DNA from: a virus
Direction: 5' to 3' (one strand)
DNA length: 64,000 bases
IMG/VR virus record: IMGVR_UViG_3300006175_000004
Span: 1 to 64,000 of that record
The notes beneath the pieces are model-generated. The model searched no databases. It had not been told where the DNA came from and saw only the letters and a list, made by a program, of their open reading frames with translations. A program made the translations under genes and the position numbers. Below are positions 26,909-36,489 of the stretch, piece after piece; the stretch's first letter is position 1; each line of letters begins with the position of its first letter.

Positions 26909-27338
26909 TGCGAATCAACGCTTCGATACGAACCGCCCGGCTACCGACTTCCTGATACCACTTGGTGGTCTTCAGATCGTCGGCAGCTTCTTCGAACTGG
27001 TCAGCTTCCATCATCCCCATAAAGGTATTGAAGCTTGCAAGCCCGGCGACCCCAAGATTGTAAGCCATGTCGGTCAAGGCCCGCTGCCGGGCTTCGGACA
27101 ATCCTGCCGCCCAAGGGAAGCGGGCCAACACGGCATCGGCGGTCTTCTTGCTTCGCATCGAAAGCACCACCGCCGATTCTTCTTCGGTCAAAAACGTGAA
27201 GCCATATCCGAAGGTGGCAGTGCCTTCGATGGTATCGCCTTTGACAATCCGCTTCTCGGTTTTGTCATCATAGGGGTATGACTCAAAACCTTCGTCGATC
27301 TTCAGATCAGCATCAAGCTTCTGTAGATCAACGGTCAC
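26901..27338 (-). CDS. Endolysin (T4-lysozyme-like muramidase)
   Basis: DEG...YPYDD...TFGYG, DMAYNLG, KWYQEVGSRA. Confidence 0.9.
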   Translation of the reverse strand: MTVDLQKLDADLKIDEGFESYPYDDKTEKRIVKGDTIEGTATFGYGFTFLTEEESAVVLSMRSKKTADAVLARFPWAAGLSEARQRALTDMAYNLGVAGLASFNTFMGMMEADQFEEAADDLKTTKWYQEVGSRAVRIEALIRNG

Positions 27339-28354
27339 GACGTGCGTCCGTAAATTTGGATGAATGCGTCAGAAGGATCGGAAGCCTGACCACCTGATCC
27401 GCCGCTGTCACCGAAGTGAATTGTGACCAGTGCATTGACCCCACTGAAGCTGGTACCCATTCCCATCGACCCGGCAGACCCCGGATTGACTCCGTGGCTA
27501 TTCACCGCGATGTAGCCGAACGAGTAATTCAATCCATCGTTCATCTGCACGGTATAAATGCCCGTGCCTGTCCGGGCGATTGCCCCGACATTCTGACTAT
27601 CGGCAACCACCACAGCAGCCCCGGACCAATGGAAGCCCGCCCATCCTTTCAAAGCAAGCGGATGGTATAGGAAGTTCGCCGGAGTGACCTGCCGCAACGT
27701 ATCCGTCATCGTTTCCATTTCTGCGGCGGTGGCTGCACCGTTGGTGCGGCTCATCAGAATGAAGACCGACCCGTTGTACATGATTTCAAACAGGCCGGAT
27801 GTGGGCAATTCACCCACCGCCAATGCGCTGCCATCTGCATGTTCAATGACCGTGGCACCGAGCCCGCTGATCGCAACAGTCGGCGTGGTGGTCGCATTTG
27901 GGGAAGCGATTTTCAGAATGCGAACCGGTGCACCAAGCAGATCAGACAAAGCCACCGGAGCCGGGGTGAGTGCGACCACCAAGGCATCGGCGGTGCCGGT
28001 ATCCACTCCATAGTTCGCGGACTGCTGCTGATTGGCATTGTTCAGGGTGGCGATGTAAGCGGCCTGCCCGGCTGTCCATAGCTGGGCCACCACGTCGCCT
28101 GCAAGCCAAGGCAGCGCGGTGGTGCCTTCCTGCGCACGGACGACCGTCAGGGTATCCCCGGATCGCGCGGTGCAGTGCATGATTTCCTTGATCAGCCCGG
28201 TCGCCGCATCCTTCAGGGTGATCACAAACAAATCAGGGGCCGATGGATTCGGGAACAGCGCCCCGGTGCCTGCAGCCACATTCAGGCTGACCGCCACATT
28301 CGTGATCGATCCAGCAAGTACGGTCTTTGCATCATTCGCAAACAAGTAGGCCAT
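27335..28354 (-). CDS. Tail fibre/baseplate-attached protein
   Basis: LFANDAKTVLA...EIMHCTARSGDTLTVVRAQEGT N-terminus; C-terminal RTGTGIYTV. Confidence 0.7.
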   Translation of the reverse strand: MAYLFANDAKTVLAGSITNVAVSLNVAAGTGALFPNPSAPDLFVITLKDAATGLIKEIMHCTARSGDTLTVVRAQEGTTALPWLAGDVVAQLWTAGQAAYIATLNNANQQQSANYGVDTGTADALVVALTPAPVALSDLLGAPVRILKIASPNATTTPTVAISGLGATVIEHADGSALAVGELPTSGLFEIMYNGSVFILMSRTNGAATAAEMETMTDTLRQVTPANFLYHPLALKGWAGFHWSGAAVVVADSQNVGAIARTGTGIYTVQMNDGLNYSFGYIAVNSHGVNPGSAGSMGMGTSFSGVNALVTIHFGDSGGSGGQASDPSDAFIQIYGRTS

Positions 28355-28366
28355 TTTGGTTTTCCT

Positions 28367-30355
28367 TTATCCGTTGACCACATAAGTGAATTGAAAGGGT
28401 AGTTCTAACGCGCCGGATTCAATCGCTGCCCGCAACAGCGCAACATTAGGAGTTGGCGGAAGCGGGGTAGATGCAACATTCAGTTCGTCGAGTGCGAATT
28501 CATTGAACAGGGCTTCATCGAAGATCAGGCCGTTGATGTCGGTTATCAGCCTTGTCGGGAAATTGATGTTGACGATATTCCCCGGCCCCAGCGTCACGCT
28601 GATCCCGTAGGTGTTGTCGATATTAAGCGGGATACCATTGATCCCGTTCAGGAACTGCACAATCCGCAGCTTCAGCCATCGAATGTTGAAAATCTTTCCG
28701 TAGCGTCTTTCGATGTGCCACGTCAGGATGCGACGGAAGATATCGTCCGTCACCAGAACATTGTCCGCGCTGCTGGTCAGGCGAAGACCGTCGAGCTCCA
28801 ATTCATTGAACAGGTAGGTATCAAATGGGCCGATCCCGGTGGTGCCCATCCCTGAACCAAGGGCAGGCCGGGCCATCCCGTAAAGCCCTTGCGCCACCCA
28901 GTCCAATAATGCCCCGCTGATCGGATCGCCGGTATAGACGGGCAAGTGCAGCGAATTGAACCAGTCCAAGAAGGCTTGTGCGTATGTATTGTATGCTGCG
29001 ACGAATGCCTGCATGTCATCGTCGTCATTGTATTCCTGATACAAATACGACGGGATGACCGTGCCTGCCGCGACGGGGATCGGGGAATTGAAATTGATCG
29101 ATCCAGCCCGCGCCCCTGCGGTGGCCCTTCGCAGCGTGAAGGTAGTCGGTGGCGTCGGCGGCGGATACGTGCCATTCCAAAAGCGCATCCACAACTTCGA
29201 GCTGATCGTGTGGTTGTTCCCCGGCGGTCCCATGTAGCTGCCGAGATAGGTTGGGTGCGTTGAGGTCTCTGACCATGTGCCGTCGACGAATATCGACTGA
29301 CTGACATCATCTGAAACCTGAACACCGCCACCCGATAGATTACCTACGACAGTTAAAACCGCTGTCCCTGCTGTTGTGTCAATGGTGTAAAAATTGGTGC
29401 CGCTGGGACCATAGTAAAGCGTTCCGTTGACGATATTGGCACGCGGAAGATTGGAAGCGTCTGACTGGTTATTGAAATTGCCAACATGACACGCCCATAT
29501 CACGGACGCATCGACAGAACTGAGCTTCACAATGTAGGCTTTATTGGTGACGGACTCGTTCGTTTCACAACTGATCAGAACGTGGCCATCGGTTTGGTCG
29601 TAGCCGCAGCCGATAACGGAACCGAATTTAGTCCACGTCGGATCAACATCAGCCGGATTGAATGTCCCAAGCTTCGCCCATGAGATCACTCCGCTAGTGA
29701 CAGAAATCTTATAAAGGCCCGCTGTGTACAGACTGCCGCCAATGTTGGGAACGCCCAAGACGAAAGCGGTGCCCGTTGTCGCAACAGAACCCGGCCCCGC
29801 ATTCGCGGAGTGCTCATCGACCTGCCCTAGATAAGTATTGTCATTGCCTGATCCGGGGATCGGCAGAACATTCACTGAGCGACCCGCCGTGATGACCATA
29901 TAATCAAGTGGCGTCGGGGTGCCCTGACGCAGCGGTGCCGTATTCGTCGGATTACCGATGTGAGCGTTGCCGGGCGAAGCGATAGAGCGGCTGGGCGATC
30001 CGAACGCCCGATTTAGAGTCAGCGTATCCGCTTTGACTATGTACCACGCGGGCCAATTCGCAGCATCCGCAGTGAATACCAAGTACCCGTTATAACTGAG
30101 GTTCAGCGGTGCCCTGTTAAACAACGCCGTTTCGACATTCGGAATGCCGATAGACGCGCTGCTCTTTTCCAGCAGCTCGGTATCATTCGGCCAATTTCCG
30201 TCAAACTTTGCCCACCCGCTGTCGGTACCGCCGCTGATTCCGCCGTAGCCAATGTAGACAAAGTTATTGACCCAATCGACCAGCAATGGGCCACCGCCAC
30301 TGGTTGTGACGATCTCGCCCGTTCGCTTGTATGCAAGGATGGCCGGTGCTGTCAT
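28367..30355 (-). CDS. Baseplate wedge protein with large N-terminal beta-rich extension
   Basis: C-terminal IPSYLYQEYNDD...LLDWVAQGLYG...DDIFRRILTW wedge domain; N-terminal ~400 aa joined by PPPTPPTT linker. Confidence 0.7.
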   Translation of the reverse strand: MTAPAILAYKRTGEIVTTSGGGPLLVDWVNNFVYIGYGGISGGTDSGWAKFDGNWPNDTELLEKSSASIGIPNVETALFNRAPLNLSYNGYLVFTADAANWPAWYIVKADTLTLNRAFGSPSRSIASPGNAHIGNPTNTAPLRQGTPTPLDYMVITAGRSVNVLPIPGSGNDNTYLGQVDEHSANAGPGSVATTGTAFVLGVPNIGGSLYTAGLYKISVTSGVISWAKLGTFNPADVDPTWTKFGSVIGCGYDQTDGHVLISCETNESVTNKAYIVKLSSVDASVIWACHVGNFNNQSDASNLPRANIVNGTLYYGPSGTNFYTIDTTAGTAVLTVVGNLSGGGVQVSDDVSQSIFVDGTWSETSTHPTYLGSYMGPPGNNHTISSKLWMRFWNGTYPPPTPPTTFTLRRATAGARAGSINFNSPIPVAAGTVIPSYLYQEYNDDDDMQAFVAAYNTYAQAFLDWFNSLHLPVYTGDPISGALLDWVAQGLYGMARPALGSGMGTTGIGPFDTYLFNELELDGLRLTSSADNVLVTDDIFRRILTWHIERRYGKIFNIRWLKLRIVQFLNGINGIPLNIDNTYGISVTLGPGNIVNINFPTRLITDINGLIFDEALFNEFALDELNVASTPLPPTPNVALLRAAIESGALELPFQFTYVVNG

Positions 30356-30359
30356 GGGA

Positions 30360-30821
30360 TTAGGTCAGCGCAAGAATGGATGATCCCGCCGTGTTGGCAG
30401 GAAGAAGGAGCGTCAGCGTATTACTTGAAACGGGGATGATCCCGCCAAAGTTGCCGACATAGGCCGCTCGGTTCGATTTGGTCTTGTTGTAGATCACGCA
30501 GCCGGATGTGCTGAAGGTCGCGGCGACCCACGATGGATTGACCGACCATGACCAAACGCACTCCGATCCTGAAATCGCTGGCGTGATATTCTGAACGTTG
30601 GTCCAAACAAATCCGCCTGTGACATATCCGCTGCCATTCGGCAGTTCGTCGCTGTTGCCTGTCAGATCGGAATAATTGGTGGTGTCCGGCCCATAGGTGC
30701 CAGTTGGGGCAGCAACCCCCAAAGCAAGGGCAAAAGCATCGCCACCGCTGCTGAAGTCCTGAATCGCTGTCGCGAGCTCAAGCTTCAGGCTGTTTGGAAA
30801 GGCTGTGGTAAATCCGGCCAT
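30360..30821 (-). CDS. Virion structural protein
   Basis: NSLKLEL...DFSSGGDAFALAL...GSGYVTGG motif family found in tail modules. Confidence 0.6.
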   Translation of the reverse strand: MAGFTTAFPNSLKLELATAIQDFSSGGDAFALALGVAAPTGTYGPDTTNYSDLTGNSDELPNGSGYVTGGFVWTNVQNITPAISGSECVWSWSVNPSWVAATFSTSGCVIYNKTKSNRAAYVGNFGGIIPVSSNTLTLLLPANTAGSSILALT

Positions 30822-31199
30822 CTAAGTCCCCAAAATGTCAATGTAGCTGCGTGCGTTGCGAAGAAGAACATCCCTGACCGCATCGCGCACGGGCGTAGCG
30901 GTGAACATGAAGGACCATTCTGTCGACTTCACGATTTCCCAAATGACGTACCACATTTCATCCGCAGCCGGGCCGGGCAGGTCCGTCGATTGCAGGCCCC
31001 GGAATTGATCCGCCAAGCGCCACGCAATCTGCCGACGCAAGGCCGCAATCAGCATGACCCTCTCCACCTTGGCTTCAGGGGCCGGGCGGACAATCATATC
31101 CGTTGTGGCCTTCGCCCATGCCAACGGATCAGGCTTCCCCGGCGCTGACAGCATCGGGCGAAGAACCCCGGCTCTAGGACCGGCAGACGCGGGCTCCAT
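30822..31199 (-). CDS. Hypothetical protein
   Basis: 125-aa ORF between baseplate genes. Confidence 0.5.
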   Translation of the reverse strand: MEPASAGPRAGVLRPMLSAPGKPDPLAWAKATTDMIVRPAPEAKVERVMLIAALRRQIAWRLADQFRGLQSTDLPGPAADEMWYVIWEIVKSTEWSFMFTATPVRDAVRDVLLRNARSYIDILGT

Positions 31200-31206
31200 G
31201 CTGATT

Positions 31207-32619
31207 TTATCCCTGTGAAACGACGATCTGGCTGGAGTCAGTCAGGAAGAAGCTTTGAGGATCGCCCGGAATGATCGATGTGCCCGCCGTGGGCAGCACG
31301 CCCACGCCATTGATCGACACGGCGAACAGCAAGCGCGTCAGCAATTGCGGCGGAAGGATATCAGCCACCGCTGCTGAAAAGACGCTTTGCAATTCGAGCA
31401 CATTGATTGGCTGCCCCACTGCGATGCCGTTGATGTAAGCCACAATCTCCGGAATCGCCGCTGCCGATATCGCGACCGGTGAAATGAAATTGGTGGCGTT
31501 CGTATTCCAAGTCACCGCAATCGCCACATCCTGCTGCGGCGGATTGACGTAGGTCACCAAATAGGTGTCCGGATAATCGTAGATCGACACGGTGATATTG
31601 CGATTGTTCGGAGTCACAATCCCACCGCCCGTGTATGGGGCATAGGCTGACGTATCAATCCCAATGCTGAAGTGCGTCGAATCGACCACCGTCACCACGA
31701 ATGTGCCATTGTAGCTGGTCACCACGGAATCCGAGATGGTAGCCGATTGCCCGTTCACGAAGCCGTGATCGAGCGAAGTATGGACCACGCCCGGATTGGC
31801 AGGCGTGACATCAAGCACTTCGTTGATCGATCCGACCAGCGTGGATATGTCGAACAGGGCAATGAAGATCGCGTAGGCCACCTCATTCGGATCGCCACCG
31901 CCGCAAAGGATTGACCATCCGCCTGTGGGTTCCTGAACCACCGATATCAGACGGGCTTGCACGCCGGTCACTTTTGCCAGCAGCGTTTTCAGCATCCGGG
32001 CCATACCCTGCGATGCGACCAAGCCCGCCATCAGCACCCGGCTGCGGTAGGCTTCTTCCGTTTCCGCTGCGCTTCCGGGCGTGCCGGTTTCAGGATTGTC
32101 GACCGACAATGTGATCGTCGATGGCACAGATGTGATCAAGCCCGTGACGGAATTCGCTGGCACCGCCCATTCGCCGGTCTGATTGGCGATGCAAAACATG
32201 GGGGATGAAATCCCACCCGATCCAACAATCCCGCCATCCTGCACCACATATTGATGGGTGCCATCCGTGACCGTGAAGCCGACGGAAATCACGAAGCCGG
32301 GTGTGCCGCTGAAGACCACGAAGACCGATGTGTTGGTCGACAGATTGGGGATAATCCCGTAGACGCCCGCACCAAGCTGGTTCAGCAGGAATTCATTGGC
32401 CCCGAATGGCGACAGCGAATTGATAAGGTCAATCCGCATCTGGTCCATTTGAGTTATCGCACCGACATCGGTGCTGCTGATGTCTTCGATCAGCGATCCC
32501 GGCAGCGCGGTGTAGCCGGGGCGGACAGCGGCGACCAATGCCAAAAGCCCCGCAAGCCATACGGCGGGCGGTGTGGGTTGCAATCCTGCGGCGGTGAGTG
32601 TCGTCGGTAACGTGACCAT
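31207..32619 (-). CDS. Baseplate J-like protein
   Basis: PGYTALPGSLIEDISST, ETEEAYRSRVL; internal beta-domain insertion. Confidence 0.85.
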   Translation of the reverse strand: MVTLPTTLTAAGLQPTPPAVWLAGLLALVAAVRPGYTALPGSLIEDISSTDVGAITQMDQMRIDLINSLSPFGANEFLLNQLGAGVYGIIPNLSTNTSVFVVFSGTPGFVISVGFTVTDGTHQYVVQDGGIVGSGGISSPMFCIANQTGEWAVPANSVTGLITSVPSTITLSVDNPETGTPGSAAETEEAYRSRVLMAGLVASQGMARMLKTLLAKVTGVQARLISVVQEPTGGWSILCGGGDPNEVAYAIFIALFDISTLVGSINEVLDVTPANPGVVHTSLDHGFVNGQSATISDSVVTSYNGTFVVTVVDSTHFSIGIDTSAYAPYTGGGIVTPNNRNITVSIYDYPDTYLVTYVNPPQQDVAIAVTWNTNATNFISPVAISAAAIPEIVAYINGIAVGQPINVLELQSVFSAAVADILPPQLLTRLLFAVSINGVGVLPTAGTSIIPGDPQSFFLTDSSQIVVSQG

Positions 32620-32991
32620 TTAGTACCCCGGTCGTTGCGATAATTCGGACAGCGGAACATCAATTTTGATCTGCTGCCCCTGATGGGTGATGACGGAAAC
32701 ATTGTAAGTCGGTGTGCGCGATGGCTGCTTGATGATGATCAGGCTCGCGAAGAAGCCCGCAAACAATTGCTGGGTGCGGGTGACATAAAAATCGGGAAAG
32801 ACCTGTTGCAGCACTGATGGCTTCGCCGGAATTCCGTAGTTGGCGTAGAAGGGCGATTCGCCAAGGTTCAGCAGAAGCACTTGGATCAGATTGACCAAAT
32901 AGACCGCGTCATTCGATCCGTTAGCAGCGGTTTCGACGACCGTCCATTTCTTGTTTCCCATCGGGTCGGTATATCGTCCGAAAATTCTCAC
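32620..32991 (-). CDS. Baseplate wedge/sheath initiator (gp25/W-like)
   Basis: LLNLGESPFYANYGIPA; position immediately before baseplate J. Confidence 0.7.
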   Translation of the reverse strand: MRIFGRYTDPMGNKKWTVVETAANGSNDAVYLVNLIQVLLLNLGESPFYANYGIPAKPSVLQQVFPDFYVTRTQQLFAGFFASLIIIKQPSRTPTYNVSVITHQGQQIKIDVPLSELSQRPGY

Positions 32992-34103
32992 TGCGACCAG
33001 TCCTTTATCATGGCGTTGCGACGGTAGAATTCGAGATTGGATTTCATCCGGTCATCGTCCGGTGCCAACTCCACCGCAGCTTCAGCTTGGGTCACCGCGA
33101 TGGAATGCAGCCCCAAGTGCCAAGCGGCGATGGATGCAAGGTCGTGCGGCTGCGCACCCCATGACGCAGGATCGTCTGTGTAGAACCCTTCGTGGTTTGT
33201 TATCGCAAGGGCCGACATCGTGGCCCCGAAGCATTCTGCCCAACGAGCCGAATGGTGGGCAAGCATCGCCAAAGCGCACCACGGTTCTCTTGTATGCGGT
33301 GCTTCAGCGGTAGCCCTACGTGCCCACATCAGGGCTTCAGAACGATTCCCCAATTCTTCGTAGCTGCGGGAAATCACCAGCATGGCGTAGCAGACTTCGT
33401 GCGGCCACGCGGACTTCGGAAGCGCGAGATATTTCTTGTAGGCTTCGATGGCTTCCGTCCATTTGCGGTGGAAGCCAAGTTCACGCGCATAGTAGAAGCA
33501 GTTCCGTGGATCATTGGGTTCTTCCCTGACCGACGCTGCAAGCAGGTCAAGGTATTGGCCCCGGCTTTTGGAATTGTCGGGTTTGTGTTCCATCAGCATT
33601 GCGAATGAATCCGCCCACACTTCTTCGATGCGATCCGGCACCAAGTATTCGTGGCAGGGATGGTGCCAACGGTGCCCGTGGCGTGAGTGAATTCTGTCAG
33701 CCCGGAAGGTCAGCCCGCCACCGCAATCGAAACCAAAGCGAAGGCGGGTGGTCTGCCCCAACTTCCAAACCCTTTCGATTTCTTCGCGCCATCCCGGCTG
33801 CAATACTTCGTCCAGATCAAGCGCGATGCACACATCGATGTCGCTCGGGATCAAAGCCAAGGCGGCATTACGGGCGACATCAAATCGCCAAGGCGAAATA
33901 TACACGTCGTGGACAAAGACTTTTGGATTGCCATCCCCGACCCGAATCGCCGGTTCGTTCGCCCAGCGCCACGCCAAGTCTCTCGTTCCGTCATTTGATC
34001 CAGTATCCGCAATCAGAATCACATCGGCTGCCGCTGCGGAATCAAGGAAGCGGTAGACGAACTGCGATTCATTTTTCGCGATGGCGTAGACAGCGATCTT
34101 CAT
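32988..34103 (-). CDS. Glycosyltransferase family 2 with C-terminal TPR repeats
   Basis: IAVYAIAKNE, DTGSNDGT, RFDVARNAAL, LDLDE (DxD), W..PCHE, YYARE followed by TPR helices. Confidence 0.9.
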   Translation of the reverse strand: MKIAVYAIAKNESQFVYRFLDSAAAADVILIADTGSNDGTRDLAWRWANEPAIRVGDGNPKVFVHDVYISPWRFDVARNAALALIPSDIDVCIALDLDEVLQPGWREEIERVWKLGQTTRLRFGFDCGGGLTFRADRIHSRHGHRWHHPCHEYLVPDRIEEVWADSFAMLMEHKPDNSKSRGQYLDLLAASVREEPNDPRNCFYYARELGFHRKWTEAIEAYKKYLALPKSAWPHEVCYAMLVISRSYEELGNRSEALMWARRATAEAPHTREPWCALAMLAHHSARWAECFGATMSALAITNHEGFYTDDPASWGAQPHDLASIAAWHLGLHSIAVTQAEAAVELAPDDDRMKSNLEFYRRNAMIKDWSQ

Positions 34104-34110
34104 GAGGTGC

Positions 34111-34503
34111 TCACGTTTGGACAAAAACAAATGGCCGCGTCGTCACCGATATAACCGCAAGGATCGGCAGGAAGTGGGCACGCAGGATGGCCGGGCTTTC
34201 TAATGACATCGGAGCAGCGCGATGTGTAGGTGGCCAATAGAATGCCTGTATCGGGTAGATCATCCGCCGTGCCCGCCGTGCCGGTGGTTCCACATAGGGC
34301 GGAAATCGCATCGGCCTCGGTGTGTACACCGCGACGTTTACAGGAATGTCCGACATCAGGACTTCGCGAGCGCACTGGGCCAACTGAGCCATCGGCGTGC
34401 CATCCAGCAGCACTTCGCGGGCGACCTGCGCGAATTGCGACTTCGGAGTGCCGTCCATCAGGACTTCGCGGCAAACCTGTGCGAAGCGGGCGAACGTCGT
34501 CAT
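34111..34503 (-). CDS. Small protein with three 17-aa repeats
   Basis: FAQVCREVLMDGTPKSQ / FAQVAREVLLDGTPMAQ / LAQCAREVLMSD. Confidence 0.65.
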   Translation of the reverse strand: MTTFARFAQVCREVLMDGTPKSQFAQVAREVLLDGTPMAQLAQCAREVLMSDIPVNVAVYTPRPMRFPPYVEPPARRARRMIYPIQAFYWPPTHRAAPMSLESPAILRAHFLPILAVISVTTRPFVFVQT

Positions 34504-36011
34504 GAGTCGATCTTGTAGCCAGACGTTGCAGCATTAAGCGTGGTCGAGGTCCACGGAGTCACGCCACCGCTGTCGGTTTCAAACAACGATACGATGTACG
34601 ACCAGCTTGTGCCGGGTGCCTGCGCTCCGCCGCTGACGTCCACGCCCAACGATTTCATGTGCAAGCTGACTGTCCGCGCCCCTGCATCTGAATTCTGCAC
34701 AAGTCCATAGACGTTGACGCAATAGATCGAATTCGGCGTCGTCGCGATGGCCGGGAAGCCAAACAGGTCTTCGTGATTGACCACTGAATCCTGATTGTAA
34801 TTCAGCGAAGTGTTGGTGCCGTTCAGGTTGCCCGGTGATGGCGGCACCTGATTTTCCTGCGGGTAATTCGCAGCCATCCCGGTCAGGTTGCCGTAGATCG
34901 CCCATGACGCCAGCGAACCAGTCATCGCAGGGGCGGTGCCCGGTGCTCCGGAGCCGTAGGTATTGGCCGCGCTGAAACCAAGCAGGCTGCTATCGCTCTG
35001 GTACAACGACACCGAAGTGTCGGTGATGTAACCGATCCAATACGGTGTTCCGCCCGTTAAAGCTTGCGGCGTGACGAGCGCCAAATTGAAGCGCGTGTTC
35101 GCTGTGGTGCCAACAACTTCTGTACCGGACGAAAGCAGCGTGTGTGCCGCCCCACCGCTGTCGTTGTAAATCACGCCCTTGAACTTTGCAGCAGCGCTTG
35201 TTGCCTGCGGAACAATTCCGATGGAATTGATCGTGCAGTTAACCTGCGGCGTGTATTTCCGCAGCACCAATCTGTTCGCGCCGGGTGCGCTGTTTGCATT
35301 GTTGTTCGAGACATCCCACCGACCGAGAACGCCAACCTGAGCGGTGAACTGCACCGCCGAATCCGAGTTCGGGAAATCGGTCTCGATGCGCGGATTCGTC
35401 AGCAGCAGCGTGTTGTTGAACGAGCCGGAATTGTCATTGATGTAAAGGTCATCATAAATGGTGACGCTGCCGGAGCCGCTGTGCAGCGTGAAATTGTCAT
35501 ATGTCGCTGCGGCCCACGTCAGCCCGGATTGGTTGATCGAGGTGATGAGGCCATTGAGGTAAATCTTGCAGGTGCCGGTGCCGGTGGTGCTGAGTAGAAT
35601 TTCAATCTCAAGCACATTGGTTGAGTTCGCCGCGACCGATTGCGCCGAGGTAAAGAGCGTGCCGGACCCGAACGAGTTGCCGGTTCCAACGGTGACATTT
35701 CCTGACGTGTTGAACGCGACCCAACAGATCGCGGTGCTTCCGAGGGTGAACCAAAATCCCGCGTTGCCGCCGTTGTTCTGCGACATGCGACAACCCAACA
35801 GGATTTTCGCAGTCGGCGCTCCGATGGCTTGGGAGCCAAGGGACTGATTGCCCTGAAGCGCCACCGCGAATCCGGTGTTCGACAGCGGCGCAACGAGGGA
35901 GCCGACTGTCGCGCCATTCCACCGCAGCGCGAGGTTGTTGGCGCTGATGGCGTCGTTCACGCCTGACAACTGGCAGTATTTGTCGAAACCGTCAGTGAAG
36001 CGATTGGTCAC
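34500..36011 (-). CDS. Virion beta-sandwich protein (lectin/LamG-like, putative receptor binding)
   Basis: FTDGFD N-terminus, IYDDLYIND, Ser/Thr/Gly-rich; in tail module. Confidence 0.6.
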   Translation of the reverse strand: MTNRFTDGFDKYCQLSGVNDAISANNLALRWNGATVGSLVAPLSNTGFAVALQGNQSLGSQAIGAPTAKILLGCRMSQNNGGNAGFWFTLGSTAICWVAFNTSGNVTVGTGNSFGSGTLFTSAQSVAANSTNVLEIEILLSTTGTGTCKIYLNGLITSINQSGLTWAAATYDNFTLHSGSGSVTIYDDLYINDNSGSFNNTLLLTNPRIETDFPNSDSAVQFTAQVGVLGRWDVSNNNANSAPGANRLVLRKYTPQVNCTINSIGIVPQATSAAAKFKGVIYNDSGGAAHTLLSSGTEVVGTTANTRFNLALVTPQALTGGTPYWIGYITDTSVSLYQSDSSLLGFSAANTYGSGAPGTAPAMTGSLASWAIYGNLTGMAANYPQENQVPPSPGNLNGTNTSLNYNQDSVVNHEDLFGFPAIATTPNSIYCVNVYGLVQNSDAGARTVSLHMKSLGVDVSGGAQAPGTSWSYIVSLFETDSGGVTPWTSTTLNAATSGYKIDS

Positions 36012-36014
36012 GGA

Positions 36015-36488
36015 TCAATCAACTTCTTCAAAGTCCACGCCACCGGAAAGGTGCACTGTTCCAGTCGGAGCGCTGAGCAATTCCCAAACGAAGCCCGCAG
36101 CAGCGGCGATGTTAAATGGCTGCCTGCCTTGCTGAGCGGAATCGTAACCGTTGTAAACGTGGCAGCCCTGTTCATCGACAATTGCTGCGGTGCCGCCTGT
36201 GGTCGCCTTCGATGTATCGTTAACATGGGCGGTAGCCTGAGCCGCAGCATCGGTTTGTGACGCAATCTTCTGTGGCGTTGGAACCGTTCCGCCTGAACCC
36301 TGCGTCACCGTCGCAGGAAGCACGCGGGCACGCATCTGAAGCATTTGCGATACCGGCAGCGAAGTGTCGGTCGCCGTCAGCCAATAGCGTAGGATTTTAC
36401 CCGGCACGGCTGCGGCGAATTTCAATGAGACCAAATCTTGCGCCGCTGAAACGGCCACGCCTTCAAATGTCACGGTATATTTTGGCAT
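36015..36488 (-). CDS. Putative virion protein
   Basis: 157-aa beta-rich ORF in tail module. Confidence 0.55.
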   Translation of the reverse strand: MPKYTVTFEGVAVSAAQDLVSLKFAAAVPGKILRYWLTATDTSLPVSQMLQMRARVLPATVTQGSGGTVPTPQKIASQTDAAAQATAHVNDTSKATTGGTAAIVDEQGCHVYNGYDSAQQGRQPFNIAAAAGFVWELLSAPTGTVHLSGGVDFEEVD

Positions 36489-36489
36489 T

